From: Candidatus Methylomirabilales bacterium
GTDB lineage: Bacteria > Methylomirabilota > Methylomirabilia > Methylomirabilales > CSP1-5
Length of the DNA stretch: 36,864 nt
Direction: 5' to 3'
Assembly: GCA_046758405.1 (NCBI GenBank)
Contig: JBHIAD010000001.1
Span: 1 to 36,864, forward strand
The position numbers and the translations under genes were made by a program. Positions within the stretch are counted from its first letter, which is position 1. Each line of letters begins with the position of its first letter. Shown in pieces: positions 15,663 to 24,712 of the stretch. Below the pieces are notes generated by a model, which was not told the DNA's origin, did no database searches, and saw only the letters and a program-made list of their open reading frames with translations.

Positions 15663-18563
15663 TCATCCCACCATCCACTCTGCCAGGACCTCCGCCGGGT
15701 GCCCGGCCCAGCGTGCGGTCCCCTGGGCGATCTGCTGCCGACAAGAGACGCCGGGTGCGACGATGACCGTCTCGGGCCCCGCCGATTCCACGGCCGGAAA
15801 GAGGCGCCGTGCCCCAATGGCCATGGAGAGCTCGTAGTGCTCGCGCTCGAAACCGAAGGAGCCCGCCATCCCGCAGCAGCCGGCGTCCACATCAGTGATC
15901 GTGAGCTCCGGGACGCGCCGGAGCAGCTCCACCACCGGTCCGGTCCCGACGCTCGCCTTGAGGTGACAGTGGCCATGGAGAAGCACCCGGCGCGCGCCGG
16001 GGGCGAAGTGCAGGTCCAGGGCACCCTCCTCAGCGAGCTGGTTCAGGAATTCCTCGAGCAGAAAGGAGCCCCGCGCAACCCCCTCGGCCTCAGGACCATC
16101 CACCAGTTCCCGGTACTCCTCGCGGAAGGTGAGGAGGCAACTCGGCTCGCACCCGACGATGGGGATGTGGGCTTCGACGTACCGGTGCAGCCGACGGACG
16201 TTCTCCCGTGCCTGCTCCCGCGCCGACTCCAACAGCCCCTTGGAGATCATCGGGCGGCCACAGCAACCTGCCTCCGCCAGCAGGACCTGAAACCCGGCCC
16301 GTTCAAGGAGTTTTGTCGCCGCCCGGCCGACCTCCGGGTAGTGGAAGGTCATGAAGGTGTCGGCGAAGAGGGCCACCTGACCCCGGCGCCCTGGCGGCGA
16401 GGGCCCCCGGGTGCGAAACCACTGGCTGAAGGTCGGCCTGGCGAAGGGGGGGAGCCGCCGCCGCCGGTCGACCCCGCCGAGGTGATGGAGCGCGAGGCGG
16501 GTCAGCGGAAAGGCAAGCAGCCAGTTGGAGAGGGGGGCCAATCGCGAGCCGAATTTACCGAGGGTCCACGCATGGGCGAAGAGCCGCGCCCGGAGCGGTA
16601 CGCCGTGCTCATGGTGGTACGCCGCCAGGAACTCGGACTTCAGCTTGGCCATGTCTACCCCCTGGGGGCACTCACTCTTGCAGGCCTTGCACTCGAGACA
16701 GAGATCCAGCGTTTCGTACAGCCGGTGACCGGTCAACGCTGACGGCGGCAGGGTCCCGGACAGAACTGCGCGGAGCGCGTTGGCGCGCCCGCGGGTGGAG
16801 TGTTCCTCATCAAGGGTCGCCATGTATGACGGACACATCGTGGCCTCGTCCTGCTTGCGGCACCTGCCCACCCCGGTACAGCGCTCCACGGCCTGGGCGA
16901 ATGTCTCACTCCGGAAGGCCTGGACCGGGGTCACCGAGACCGTCCGATAGGCCTCGCCGTACCGCAGGTGCTTCACCACCAGGTCGGGATCGTCCCCGAC
17001 GATCTTCCCAGGGTTCAAGAGGCCACGGGGATCGAAGCACGCCTTCACCTTCGCAAAGGCCTTCGCCAGGTCACCGTACTGGTCGCGGATAAAACCGGTG
17101 CGGGCCAGACCATCCCCGTGCTCGGCGCTGATCGTCCCGTGGAGGCGCCAGACAAGCTGATGGCACTCCTCGGCAAAAGACCGGATCTTGGCAATGTCGC
17201 GGGAATCCCTCATGTTCAGGCAGGGCATGATGTGGAGGTTGCCATCCCCCGCATGGCCGTATATGGCTGCGACCACGTCGTACTGTTTCAGCAGGGCCCG
17301 GACGCCGGTGATGAACTCTGGAAGGCGCGAGGGGTGGACCGCCGCGTCCTCGATGAAGGCGACCGGCCGACGCCCCCCCTGCACTTCCCGGAGCGCCGAG
17401 CCGGCAGCCTTGCGGACCGCCACCAGCTCGGTACGGCTTGCCGCGTCGGTGGCCAGGATCATGTCCTCAGCCAGGCCCAGTCCCTCGACGACCCGTCGCC
17501 TGCTCTCCTCCATGCGGCCCCGGACCTCGTCCGGATTGTCGCCCTCGTGTTCCAGCAACAGGACCGCTTCGAGCGCCGCGGGCAGGAAGGCCCGGAGGTC
17601 CGGGTCGGCCTCGCGCGAGACATCGAGGAGTGTCCGCTCGATGACTTCGATCATGCTCGGCTGCTGCTCGCGCAGAACCGCCACCGCCTCCCCCATCTTT
17701 TCCAGGGAGCCGAAGGTGAGGAGGGCGAGCAAGCGGTGACGCGGCTGACCAATCAGCCTGAGGGTGGCCTCGGTGAAGACCCCGAGGGTCCCCTCGGAGC
17801 CCACCAAGAGCTGCGTCAGGTCCAGCCGTCCATTCGCCCGCACCCCCCAGAGGTTGTAGCCGCAGTTGTTGTTGGTGACCTCGGGCGCCCGGGCCTGCAT
17901 CTCCAATCCGTACTGCTCGAGCACGTTGAGCACTCCCCGAAGGATCCCCCCGCTGAGGGGATGCTCGCACCAAGCGACAGCAGCCGCTCCCCCCTCCGCA
18001 AACGGCTCAAACCGCACAATGTCGCCGCTTGCGAGGACCACTTCGAGGCTCTCCACGTAGTTCCGGGTCGGGCCGTACTTGACCGAGTGGGAGCCCTTCG
18101 CGTTGTTCGCCAACATCCCGCCAAGGGTGCACACTTCTCCGCTGGACGGATCGGGCGGAAAGTACTTGCGGTGTGGAAGGAGGGCCTGAGTGAAGGCGTT
18201 GAGCACGACGCCGGGCTGCACCCGCGCGCGACTGCCCTGCGGATCAATCTCGAGAATGCGGTCCATATGCCGCGTGAAGTCCAGGACGATTCCCGCCCCC
18301 AGGGCCTGCCCCACCCGGCTCGACCCCCCGCCCCGGGCGATGATGGGGATGCCCCGCTCCGCCGCGTACCGGACCGTCGTTACCACGTCCCCACGATCCT
18401 TCGGGAAAACCACAGCCACCGGCGGGACCCGGTACATGCAGGCCCCGGTGCTGTACAGGGCCCGGCTCATTTCATCGTTCCGCACCTCTCCCGCGATGGC
18501 CGGGCCGAGATCGGCGGCCACCGCCCGGGCTCGTGCCGCAGTGTCACGGGACGCACTCACCAC
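15663..18563 (-). CDS. FAD-binding oxidase fused to 4Fe-4S and CCG cysteine-rich domains (GlcD+GlcF / YdiJ-like 2-hydroxyacid dehydrogenase)
   Basis: 966 aa. N-terminal PCMH-type FAD domain (VVFPKDRGDVV..ARGGGSS), the FAD-oxidase C-terminal domain (ISAEHGDG), the ferredoxin motif CLECKACKSECP, and two CCG-type regions (CEPSC.., DAGCCGMAGSFG). The GTG start lies 1 nt after the porG stop. Confidence 0.85.
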   Translation of the reverse strand: MVSASRDTAARARAVAADLGPAIAGEVRNDEMSRALYSTGACMYRVPPVAVVFPKDRGDVVTTVRYAAERGIPIIARGGGSSRVGQALGAGIVLDFTRHMDRILEIDPQGSRARVQPGVVLNAFTQALLPHRKYFPPDPSSGEVCTLGGMLANNAKGSHSVKYGPTRNYVESLEVVLASGDIVRFEPFAEGGAAAVAWCEHPLSGGILRGVLNVLEQYGLEMQARAPEVTNNNCGYNLWGVRANGRLDLTQLLVGSEGTLGVFTEATLRLIGQPRHRLLALLTFGSLEKMGEAVAVLREQQPSMIEVIERTLLDVSREADPDLRAFLPAALEAVLLLEHEGDNPDEVRGRMEESRRRVVEGLGLAEDMILATDAASRTELVAVRKAAGSALREVQGGRRPVAFIEDAAVHPSRLPEFITGVRALLKQYDVVAAIYGHAGDGNLHIMPCLNMRDSRDIAKIRSFAEECHQLVWRLHGTISAEHGDGLARTGFIRDQYGDLAKAFAKVKACFDPRGLLNPGKIVGDDPDLVVKHLRYGEAYRTVSVTPVQAFRSETFAQAVERCTGVGRCRKQDEATMCPSYMATLDEEHSTRGRANALRAVLSGTLPPSALTGHRLYETLDLCLECKACKSECPQGVDMAKLKSEFLAAYHHEHGVPLRARLFAHAWTLGKFGSRLAPLSNWLLAFPLTRLALHHLGGVDRRRRLPPFARPTFSQWFRTRGPSPPGRRGQVALFADTFMTFHYPEVGRAATKLLERAGFQVLLAEAGCCGRPMISKGLLESAREQARENVRRLHRYVEAHIPIVGCEPSCLLTFREEYRELVDGPEAEGVARGSFLLEEFLNQLAEEGALDLHFAPGARRVLLHGHCHLKASVGTGPVVELLRRVPELTITDVDAGCCGMAGSFGFEREHYELSMAIGARRLFPAVESAGPETVIVAPGVSCRQQIAQGTARWAGHPAEVLAEWMVG

Positions 18564-18564
18564 G

Positions 18565-19113
18565 TCACTTCCCCCGGGTGCTTTCGAAACCGGCGTGCAG
18601 CGCCTCGAGGCCGGCCTTTACCATCCGGTCCTTCCCGCCCGCGTTCTTGAGGAGCGCTTCGACCGTGTGGAGCTGCACGAGCTTCATCAGGGCGATGAGG
18701 GCCCCGACAAGGACTGGGGCCAGCTCCGCCTTGTGGGCCTTCGCCACGTCGCTCAGGTCCAGGGTCACCAACCTGGCCTTGTCGGTGAGCGCGAGGAACA
18801 CTTCGCTGTTGATGAGCAGGAGCCCCCCCGGTTTGAGGCCGCCCACCACGTTCACCTCGCTGATCACCGTCGGATCGGTCACGATCACTGCATCCAGAAA
18901 GGACTCTTGCTGGTAGGTCTCAATGGGTGCTTCGTCCATCCTGAGATGCGCCGTCTCCGGGGTAAATCCCCGGAGGAAGAGCCAGGGGGGACGGAACTGG
19001 ACGTGCTTCCCCTCGATCAGGGCAGCCTCGGCCAGCAACTTCGGAGCCGCCACGAAGGGGGCCACACGATCGTACCGGGGCTCGCGGCGGCCATGAAACC
19101 GGAGCTCCTTCAT
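18565..19113 (-). CDS. 2-oxoacid:ferredoxin oxidoreductase gamma subunit (divergent)
   Basis: 182 aa. LRFHGR..KLLAEAALIEGKHVQ..TAHLRMDEAPI..DAVIVTDP..GGLLLINS follows the POR gamma layout, but the usual GRGGQG motif reads GRREPR. Located directly after the beta subunit with a 4-nt overlap. Confidence 0.7.
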   Translation of the reverse strand: MKELRFHGRREPRYDRVAPFVAAPKLLAEAALIEGKHVQFRPPWLFLRGFTPETAHLRMDEAPIETYQQESFLDAVIVTDPTVISEVNVVGGLKPGGLLLINSEVFLALTDKARLVTLDLSDVAKAHKAELAPVLVGALIALMKLVQLHTVEALLKNAGGKDRMVKAGLEALHAGFESTRGK

Positions 19114-19991
19114 CGCCTCGCTCCCCAGGCGGCATCGACCTGCTGCTGCAGTGACTGGATCTCGCGGGGGCGGAGCCCAGCGAACCGCCCTTGGAGGAGG
19201 AGGTACTCTCGCACCGGGCGGCGGCGTTTCGGTCTGTAGGTCACCCGCATTTCCCCCCCGTCTACCTCGGAGAGGATCCAGAGGCCGGTCTCCACCGCCA
19301 CCTTCGTGACGTCAATGGTGTCGGTGTGAGGGAAGCCCCAGGCGATCGGGCAGGGGGTCAGCACTTGAATGTACCGGAACCCCTTGACCTGAGCAGCCCG
19401 GTGAAGCTTCCGCCGGTAATCGTCCGGATGCGAGACGGCCGCGGTGGCGACATAGGGCACGCCGTGGGCCGCCATGATCCGTGGCACGTCCTTCTGGAGG
19501 GCGGGTGTGCCGGCCGGGGTGGTCGGGGTGCGGGCGAGGCCCGGCGTGAGCGAGGTCGCCTGGCCCTGAGTGTTCATGGCAACCTCGTTGTCATAACAGA
19601 TGTACAGGATGTGCTCGTTCCGGCTGGCCGCCCCGGAGAGGGCCTGGAAGCCGATGTCGGCAGTCCCCGAGTCCCCAGCGAAGCAGACCACGTGGACGTC
19701 TTTGAGCCCCCGCACGTCGTACGCGCGCCTCAGTCCCGTGGCTGCCGCCGGCGCACTCTCGAAGATCCAGTGAACAAAGGGGACCTGCCACGCGGTGTGG
19801 GTGTAAGAGAGACTGAAGGTCGCAGCACAGCTCGCCGGGCAGAGGACGGCCATCTTCGACCCAAGCGTCTCGGCCAGGATGTCTGCGGCCGGGAGCGCTC
19901 CGCACCCTTCGCAGGCGGTCCCCATCAGGACGGGCGGCAGGGTAAACCGATCTGACTTCGGGAGGGTTGCGATCCGATTGGGGCCTGCCAT
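19110..19991 (-). CDS. 2-oxoacid:ferredoxin oxidoreductase beta subunit (TPP-binding)
   Basis: 293 aa. CEGCG cluster-ligand motif and the TPP-binding GDSGTADIGFQALSGAASRNEHILYICYDNEVAMNTQGQ. Confidence 0.85.
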   Translation of the reverse strand: MAGPNRIATLPKSDRFTLPPVLMGTACEGCGALPAADILAETLGSKMAVLCPASCAATFSLSYTHTAWQVPFVHWIFESAPAAATGLRRAYDVRGLKDVHVVCFAGDSGTADIGFQALSGAASRNEHILYICYDNEVAMNTQGQATSLTPGLARTPTTPAGTPALQKDVPRIMAAHGVPYVATAAVSHPDDYRRKLHRAAQVKGFRYIQVLTPCPIAWGFPHTDTIDVTKVAVETGLWILSEVDGGEMRVTYRPKRRRPVREYLLLQGRFAGLRPREIQSLQQQVDAAWGARR

Positions 19992-20007
19992 CCCGTCCTC
20001 CTTATTA

Positions 20008-21237
20008 TTATCCTGGGCGTGCTACCGGGTAAAACTGCGGCGACTCATCGCGCACCCGGTCCTGATTGAGGGCGAGCCAGTGGATCCCCCCATCGGTACG
20101 ATCAAAGGGGGTGCTCCCTCTGATTGCCCGCCGGGCGAGGTCTTTGATCTGTGAGATGGTCACATCCCGTCCCGCCAATCCGGCGATAACCCCGAGAACC
20201 CGTGGGGGTTTCGGCAGGCCGTAGAGTGCGGACCGCACCTCTTCGTACAGTGCGCCGTGGGCGCCCGCCGCGCAGTTGCGGTCGATGGTGACGACGACCT
20301 CCGCCTGGCCGAGGGCCTCCCGGAGCAGATGCGCAGGGAAGGGTCGATAGACTCTGAGGGCACAGCAGGCTGCCGAGGCTCCCTCGCTCTCCAGCTCCTT
20401 CGCTGCGCGGCGGGCCGCTTTGACGATCGAGCCCATGGCCACAAGCACGCATCGCTTCTTTCCCTCCGCACACTCCACGAGGCCACGTGGGCGCGTCCCG
20501 AAAGCCTCGGCGTAGCTCGAGGCGACCTCGGGGATGACCGTGAGGGCGCGGTTCATTGCCTGGTGCTCGGCGTACTTGAACTCTGTGTACCACTCCGGCG
20601 GTGTCGGCGGGTTCAGCGCCCGCGGGTGCGCAGGATCCAGCAACGCCTCAACTGCAGGCGGACCCAGCCAGCGATTTACGGCATCGGCCTTGGGGACCAG
20701 GACCCCCTCCGCCGTGTTCGAGTGGATGAAGGACTCGTAGCAGAACATCCCTGGGAGGCGGACCCGGCGGTCCTCGCACACTTTGTAGAGCTGCACGCAC
20801 GTCTCCAACACATCTTGGGCGTCTTCGCAGAAGATCTGAATCCATCCTGACCGGCTGACCCCGAGGGCATCGTTATGGTCGGCATAGCGGGTGTGGGGGA
20901 CCGAGATCCCTCGGCTCACCACCGCCATCACGATGGGGCATCGGCTGCCGGAGGCAGTGTATAGGTGCTCGGCCATGAGGAGAAGTCCCTGCGAGTTCGT
21001 CGCCGTAAAGACCCGCGTCCCGCCCAGAGAGGCCCCGACCGCCGCCGCCATCGCTGCGTAGTCCGACTCCATGTTGATGAACTCACACGGGAATGCCCCG
21101 GCTTGGATATCCCGGGCAAGCTCTCCGAGCATCCCCGACTGGGGGGTGATCGGGTAGATCGGGATGACCTGCACTCGCGCCAGGCGTACCGCTCGTCCGA
21201 CCGCCTGATTACTCGTCAGGAGCTCAACCGCCTCCAT
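20008..21237 (-). CDS. 2-oxoacid:ferredoxin oxidoreductase alpha subunit
   Basis: MEAVELLTSNQAVGRAVRLARVQVIPIYPITPQS..ATNSQGLLLM, the typical POR/KOR alpha N-terminus. I used the start at 21237. The track's 39 extra residues are unsupported. Confidence 0.85.
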   Translation of the reverse strand: MEAVELLTSNQAVGRAVRLARVQVIPIYPITPQSGMLGELARDIQAGAFPCEFINMESDYAAMAAAVGASLGGTRVFTATNSQGLLLMAEHLYTASGSRCPIVMAVVSRGISVPHTRYADHNDALGVSRSGWIQIFCEDAQDVLETCVQLYKVCEDRRVRLPGMFCYESFIHSNTAEGVLVPKADAVNRWLGPPAVEALLDPAHPRALNPPTPPEWYTEFKYAEHQAMNRALTVIPEVASSYAEAFGTRPRGLVECAEGKKRCVLVAMGSIVKAARRAAKELESEGASAACCALRVYRPFPAHLLREALGQAEVVVTIDRNCAAGAHGALYEEVRSALYGLPKPPRVLGVIAGLAGRDVTISQIKDLARRAIRGSTPFDRTDGGIHWLALNQDRVRDESPQFYPVARPG

Positions 21238-21450
21238 CCCGCTCCTCCCTGGTCCACACCACCCCCGATCGCCCACCATCCTTCGGAAGGGCCCAACGAT
21301 GGCCAGATGCGACTGCGTGAGGATACTCCCGCCGCAAAAACTGTGCCGGGGCAATGGCGCGGCGTGGGTCAGGTAAATCTCATTCGGAGTAGCTTGTATT
21401 GCTTTATTCTCAAACAGTTATACACCACTTCTGGCATCCTGAATACAGGA

Positions 21451-21479
21451 TACATATCGGGACCGGTGGAAGGTGTCAA
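21451..21479 (-). promoter_or_regulatory. Sigma-70-type promoter candidate for the OFOR operon
   Basis: Minus strand: TTGACA (21479-21474), a 17-nt spacer, then TATGTA (21456-21451). This would give a leader of about 200 nt before ATG 21237. Confidence 0.35.
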
Positions 21480-21696
21480 GGAAATAAGAATTGCTGAACG
21501 GTTTCGTGGAGGCTCTGAGGGGTCCGGCTACAATATCCTTCGCAGAGGAGGACCCGGCTGTCGGGCGAGGGGTGACGCCCGTCAGGCAGCTGGACCTATC
21601 TGCTTTCACTCATTCGCAAGATGGCTTCCTATTTGTTATCCTACACTAGTAACTCTCTCGTTCACGCTGGGACTCTTTTCAAAGGAACACGCAGGG

Positions 21697-23040
21697 ATGG
21701 CACTCGCTTTCCGCAATCTCAATCTCCCCGAGGCGATCCGGCGCGGGATCGCCGCCGCCGGCTTTACCGAGTGCACGCCGATCCAGGAACAGACCCTCCC
21801 AGTCGCCCTCTCCGGTAAAGATGTCGCGGGCCAGGCCCCGACGGGGACGGGAAAGACTGCGGCCTTCTTGATCACCGCCTTCTCGCGTCTGCTCAGGAGC
21901 GGTAAGGAGGCCGTCCCGGGGCGGCCGCGGGCGCTGGTGATGGCCCCTACCCGGGAGCTCACCGTCCAGATCCACGAGGACGCCCGCCTGCTCGGGCAGC
22001 ACACCCACCTGCGAACTCTCGCGATCTACGGGGGTATTGACTACGAAAAGCAGCGCGAGGCCCTGCGCCGACCCCTGGATCTGGTCGTGGGGACGCCCGG
22101 TCGCCTCATCGACTACTTGAAGCAGCGAGTTTACGACCTCCGGGCGATCGAGATCCTGGTGATCGACGAGGCAGACCGGATGTTTGACATGGGGTTTATC
22201 AAGGACATTCGTTACCTCCTCCGCCGGATGCCACCCTATCACACCCGGCAGTCCTTTCTCTTCTCTGCCACCCTGAGCTACCGTGAGATGGAGCTCGCCT
22301 ATGAGTTCATGAACGGGCCAGTTCGGGTCTCGACCACACCGGAACACCTCACGGTGGAGGAGGTGGAGGAGGTGCTCTACCATGTTGAGCGGCGCGAGAA
22401 GTTCCCCCTGCTGCTCGGCTTGCTCAAGCGGGAGAAAGGGGAACGGATCCTGATCTTCGCCAACACCAAACGGGAGGCCGAATGGCTTGCCCACCGCCTC
22501 GAGCTCCACGGCTACCAGAGCCGGGCGATCACGGGGGACCTCGAGCAGAAGAAGCGCCTCCGGACCATCAAGCAGTTCAAGGCGGGCGAACTTCCCATCC
22601 TGGTCGCGACCGACGTGGCCTCGCGAGGGCTGCACATCGAAGGCGTCACCCACGTAGTGAATTACGACGTCCCTCAGAATCCCGAGGATTACGTCCACCG
22701 CATCGGCCGGACGGCCCGGGCAGGGGCCTCCGGGAAGGCGATCACTCTGGCCGACGAGGTCTTCGTCCTGGGCTTAGAGCCGATCGAGCAGATGCTCGGC
22801 TACAAGATCCCCGTCCAGTGGCCGGAGGACAGCCTCTTCATAACGCCTCGAACCGATGTCCCCTCCCGCCCGCCTCGGTCGGCCCGGCCACCGGCCGGGC
22901 CGCGTGACCCCCGCAGGCGAGAGCGTTGGGGAACCTCCGGGGCGGGACCGGGCAGCGCCCAAGCCACGCAGGCCCCGGGCCACCAATCGAGGCGACGAAA
23001 GCAGAAGCAAGGAGGAAGTCGAGCTGGCCAGCAATCATAG
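21697..23040 (+). CDS. DEAD-box ATP-dependent RNA helicase (RhlE/RhlB-like) with a basic C-terminal tail
   Basis: Q-motif GFTECTPIQ, motif I AQAPTGTGKT, motif II VIDEADRM, SAT, HRIGRTARAG, and an Arg/Pro-rich tail. I used the start at MALAFRNL (21697). The upstream 244 codons of the track ORF are antisense to porA. Confidence 0.9.
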   Translation: MALAFRNLNLPEAIRRGIAAAGFTECTPIQEQTLPVALSGKDVAGQAPTGTGKTAAFLITAFSRLLRSGKEAVPGRPRALVMAPTRELTVQIHEDARLLGQHTHLRTLAIYGGIDYEKQREALRRPLDLVVGTPGRLIDYLKQRVYDLRAIEILVIDEADRMFDMGFIKDIRYLLRRMPPYHTRQSFLFSATLSYREMELAYEFMNGPVRVSTTPEHLTVEEVEEVLYHVERREKFPLLLGLLKREKGERILIFANTKREAEWLAHRLELHGYQSRAITGDLEQKKRLRTIKQFKAGELPILVATDVASRGLHIEGVTHVVNYDVPQNPEDYVHRIGRTARAGASGKAITLADEVFVLGLEPIEQMLGYKIPVQWPEDSLFITPRTDVPSRPPRSARPPAGPRDPRRRERWGTSGAGPGSAQATQAPGHQSRRRKQKQGGSRAGQQS

Positions 23041-23116
23041 GTCGCCCGGGGGCGTGCGGCGAGACGCGATGCGGCAGGGAATTCCTGCTTGCGGAACGGG
23101 CTGATGGACACGTCCG

Positions 23117-24409
23117 TTACGAGGTGCGACGCTCCAGGGGAACGTACTCGCGCCGCTTGTGACCGAGGTAGACCTGCCGGGGGCGGACGATCTTCTGCTC
23201 CTCGTCGAGGATCATCTCCTCCCACTGGGCAATCCATCCGACCGTCCGAGGGATGGCGAAGAGGACGGGGAACATGATCATCGGAAAGCCCATGGCCTGG
23301 TAAATGAGCCCGGAATAGAAATCCACGTTCGGGTAGAGACGCCGCCGCACAAAATAGTCATCCTCGAGGGCGATGCGCTCAAGTTTCAGCGCCACGTCGA
23401 GGAGCGGATTCCGCTTGCTCACCTCGAAGACCTGATCCGCCAGGCGCTTGATGATCTTGGCGCGCGGGTCATAGTTTTTATAGACCCGGTGGCCGAAGCC
23501 CATGAGGCGACCCTCTCCCGCCTTGACCCGCTTGATGAAGTCCGGAACCTTCTCCACAGAGCCGATGGCCTGCAGCATGCGCAGGACCGCCTCGTTGGCC
23601 CCCCCGTGAAGCGGCCCGTAGAGGGCTGCCGTCGCCGCCGCGATCGCCGAGTAGGGGTCAGCGTGGGAGGAGCCCACCACCCGCATGGCCGTGGTGCTGC
23701 AGTTCTGCTCATGGTCCGCGTGCAGGAGGAAGAGCACATCCAGGGCCTTCTCCAAGACGGGGTTCGGCCGGTACTTGACCTCGGTCACCTTGTCAAGCAT
23801 GTTCAGGAAGTTGCCGGTGTAGCTCAGGTCATTATCCGGATAGGCGTAAGGCATGCCGATACTGTGGCGATAGGCAAAGGCCGCCAGGGTCGGCATCTTG
23901 GCGATGAGCCGGAGGGCCTGCTTCTCCCGCGACGCCGCGTCATGGATGTTCTTGGCGTCGGGGTAGAACGTCGAAAGGGCACCGACGGTGCCCACGAGGA
24001 TGCCCATCGGGTGCGCGTCGTAATGGAAGCCGTCCATGAACTTCTTGATGTTCTCGTGAATCATCGTGTGGTGGATAATCCGGTAGACCCAGTCATCCAG
24101 CTGCTCCTTAGTCGGGAGTTCCCCATGCCGGATCAGGTACGCGGTCTCGAGGAATGTGCTGTGTTCCGCCAGCTGCTCGATAGGGTACCCTCGGTACAGC
24201 AGCACGCCCTTGTCGCCGTCCACGTAGGTGATCCGGCTCTGGCAGGTGGCGGTGTTGACCATTCCCGGGTCGTACAACATGAGACCAAGGTCCGTCTCGG
24301 AGGTCTTGATCTGGCGCAGGTCACTTGCGCGGATCGTCCCGTGCGTGATGGGGATCTCGTAGGTCTTCCCGGTCCGGTTATCCGTAATCGTCAGGACATC
24401 CCTGGCCAT
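23117..24409 (-). CDS. gltA: Citrate synthase (type II, GltA-like)
   Basis: 430 aa. LLHADHEQNCSTTAMR, GPLHGGANE, GFGHRVYKNYDPRA catalytic motifs. I used the start at MARDVLTITDNRTGK (24409). Confidence 0.9.
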   Translation of the reverse strand: MARDVLTITDNRTGKTYEIPITHGTIRASDLRQIKTSETDLGLMLYDPGMVNTATCQSRITYVDGDKGVLLYRGYPIEQLAEHSTFLETAYLIRHGELPTKEQLDDWVYRIIHHTMIHENIKKFMDGFHYDAHPMGILVGTVGALSTFYPDAKNIHDAASREKQALRLIAKMPTLAAFAYRHSIGMPYAYPDNDLSYTGNFLNMLDKVTEVKYRPNPVLEKALDVLFLLHADHEQNCSTTAMRVVGSSHADPYSAIAAATAALYGPLHGGANEAVLRMLQAIGSVEKVPDFIKRVKAGEGRLMGFGHRVYKNYDPRAKIIKRLADQVFEVSKRNPLLDVALKLERIALEDDYFVRRRLYPNVDFYSGLIYQAMGFPMIMFPVLFAIPRTVGWIAQWEEMILDEEQKIVRPRQVYLGHKRREYVPLERRTS

Positions 24410-24481
24410 CCCACTACCCCCTCTGCCGGGTGAACTCCACACCTCCCGACTGCCCCGCCGCGGCTTCCGGCTAATGCTATC

Positions 24482-24510
24482 AGCGTAAATCGTTTTACGC
24501 GCGGCGTCAA
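24482..24510 (-). promoter_or_regulatory. Sigma-70-type promoter candidate for gltA
   Basis: Minus strand: TTGACG (24510-24505), a 17-nt spacer, then TACGCT (24487-24482). Lies about 70 nt upstream of the gltA ATG. Confidence 0.4.
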
Positions 24511-24629
24511 TCGGCTATTTTCCCCATGAGCGAGGATCGCGGGTAGGAACGGGTGAGATCCAAAAGGCACTCGCTGAAGTAGGGGGCTTCACGCGATACC
24601 CCCGCGGACAAGTCCCAACCGCGAACGGG

Positions 24630-24712
24630 AAAAAAGAACGCCCCGATGGTGTCTGCGGTCGAGGCATAACGCCTGTCACCCGCCCCGCGGATGAAGCGCG
24701 GGACCATCGGGG
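24630..24712 (-). terminator. Possible minus-strand terminator: a 10-bp closing helix around two small hairpins, followed by a U-tract
   Basis: ccccgatggt (24641-24650) is the exact reverse complement of accatcgggg (24703-24712). The helix encloses aggc-ataac-gcct and cccgcg-gatgaag-cgcggg. On the minus strand it is followed by cgTTcTTTTTTccc (24640-24627). Confidence 0.3.

Noticed and set aside
16968-18650. 560-aa plus-strand ORF
   Set aside because: Entirely antisense to the FAD/Fe-S fusion gene, which has clear domain motifs. The composition is shadow-ORF-like.
19020-19113. Frameshift as the explanation for the odd N-terminus of the OFOR gamma subunit
   Set aside because: Translating the other two frames across this segment gives AAASPGTIVWPPSW.. 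and PPRAPVRSCGPLRGGSEV... Neither restores a GRGGQG-type motif, so the divergence seems genuine. It is reported as a finding instead.
21430-21446. TGGCAT-N5-ATAC (ctggcatcctgaataca) as a sigma-54 promoter in the porA/helicase intergenic region. Other TGGCA-containing sites at 3050, 11945, 12205, 21698 and 25040 were also checked.
   Set aside because: None has the TTGC -12 element at the correct spacing. Only the 34052-34067 site matches the full consensus.
20965-21696. 244 extra N-terminal codons on the DEAD-box helicase ORF. The N-terminal extensions 15605..16024 (crotonase), 11138..11872 (permease 2) and 33809..34201 (ruvX) are of the same kind.
   Set aside because: Each extension overlaps a better-supported neighbouring gene or an intergenic region, and lacks similarity to the protein family. 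Internal starts with an RBS give canonical N-termini.
23074-23088. GCAGG-gaatt-CCTGC hairpin between the convergent DEAD-box helicase and gltA genes, considered as a bidirectional terminator
   Set aside because: The stem is only 5 bp and there is no T/A-tract on either side. Too weak to call.
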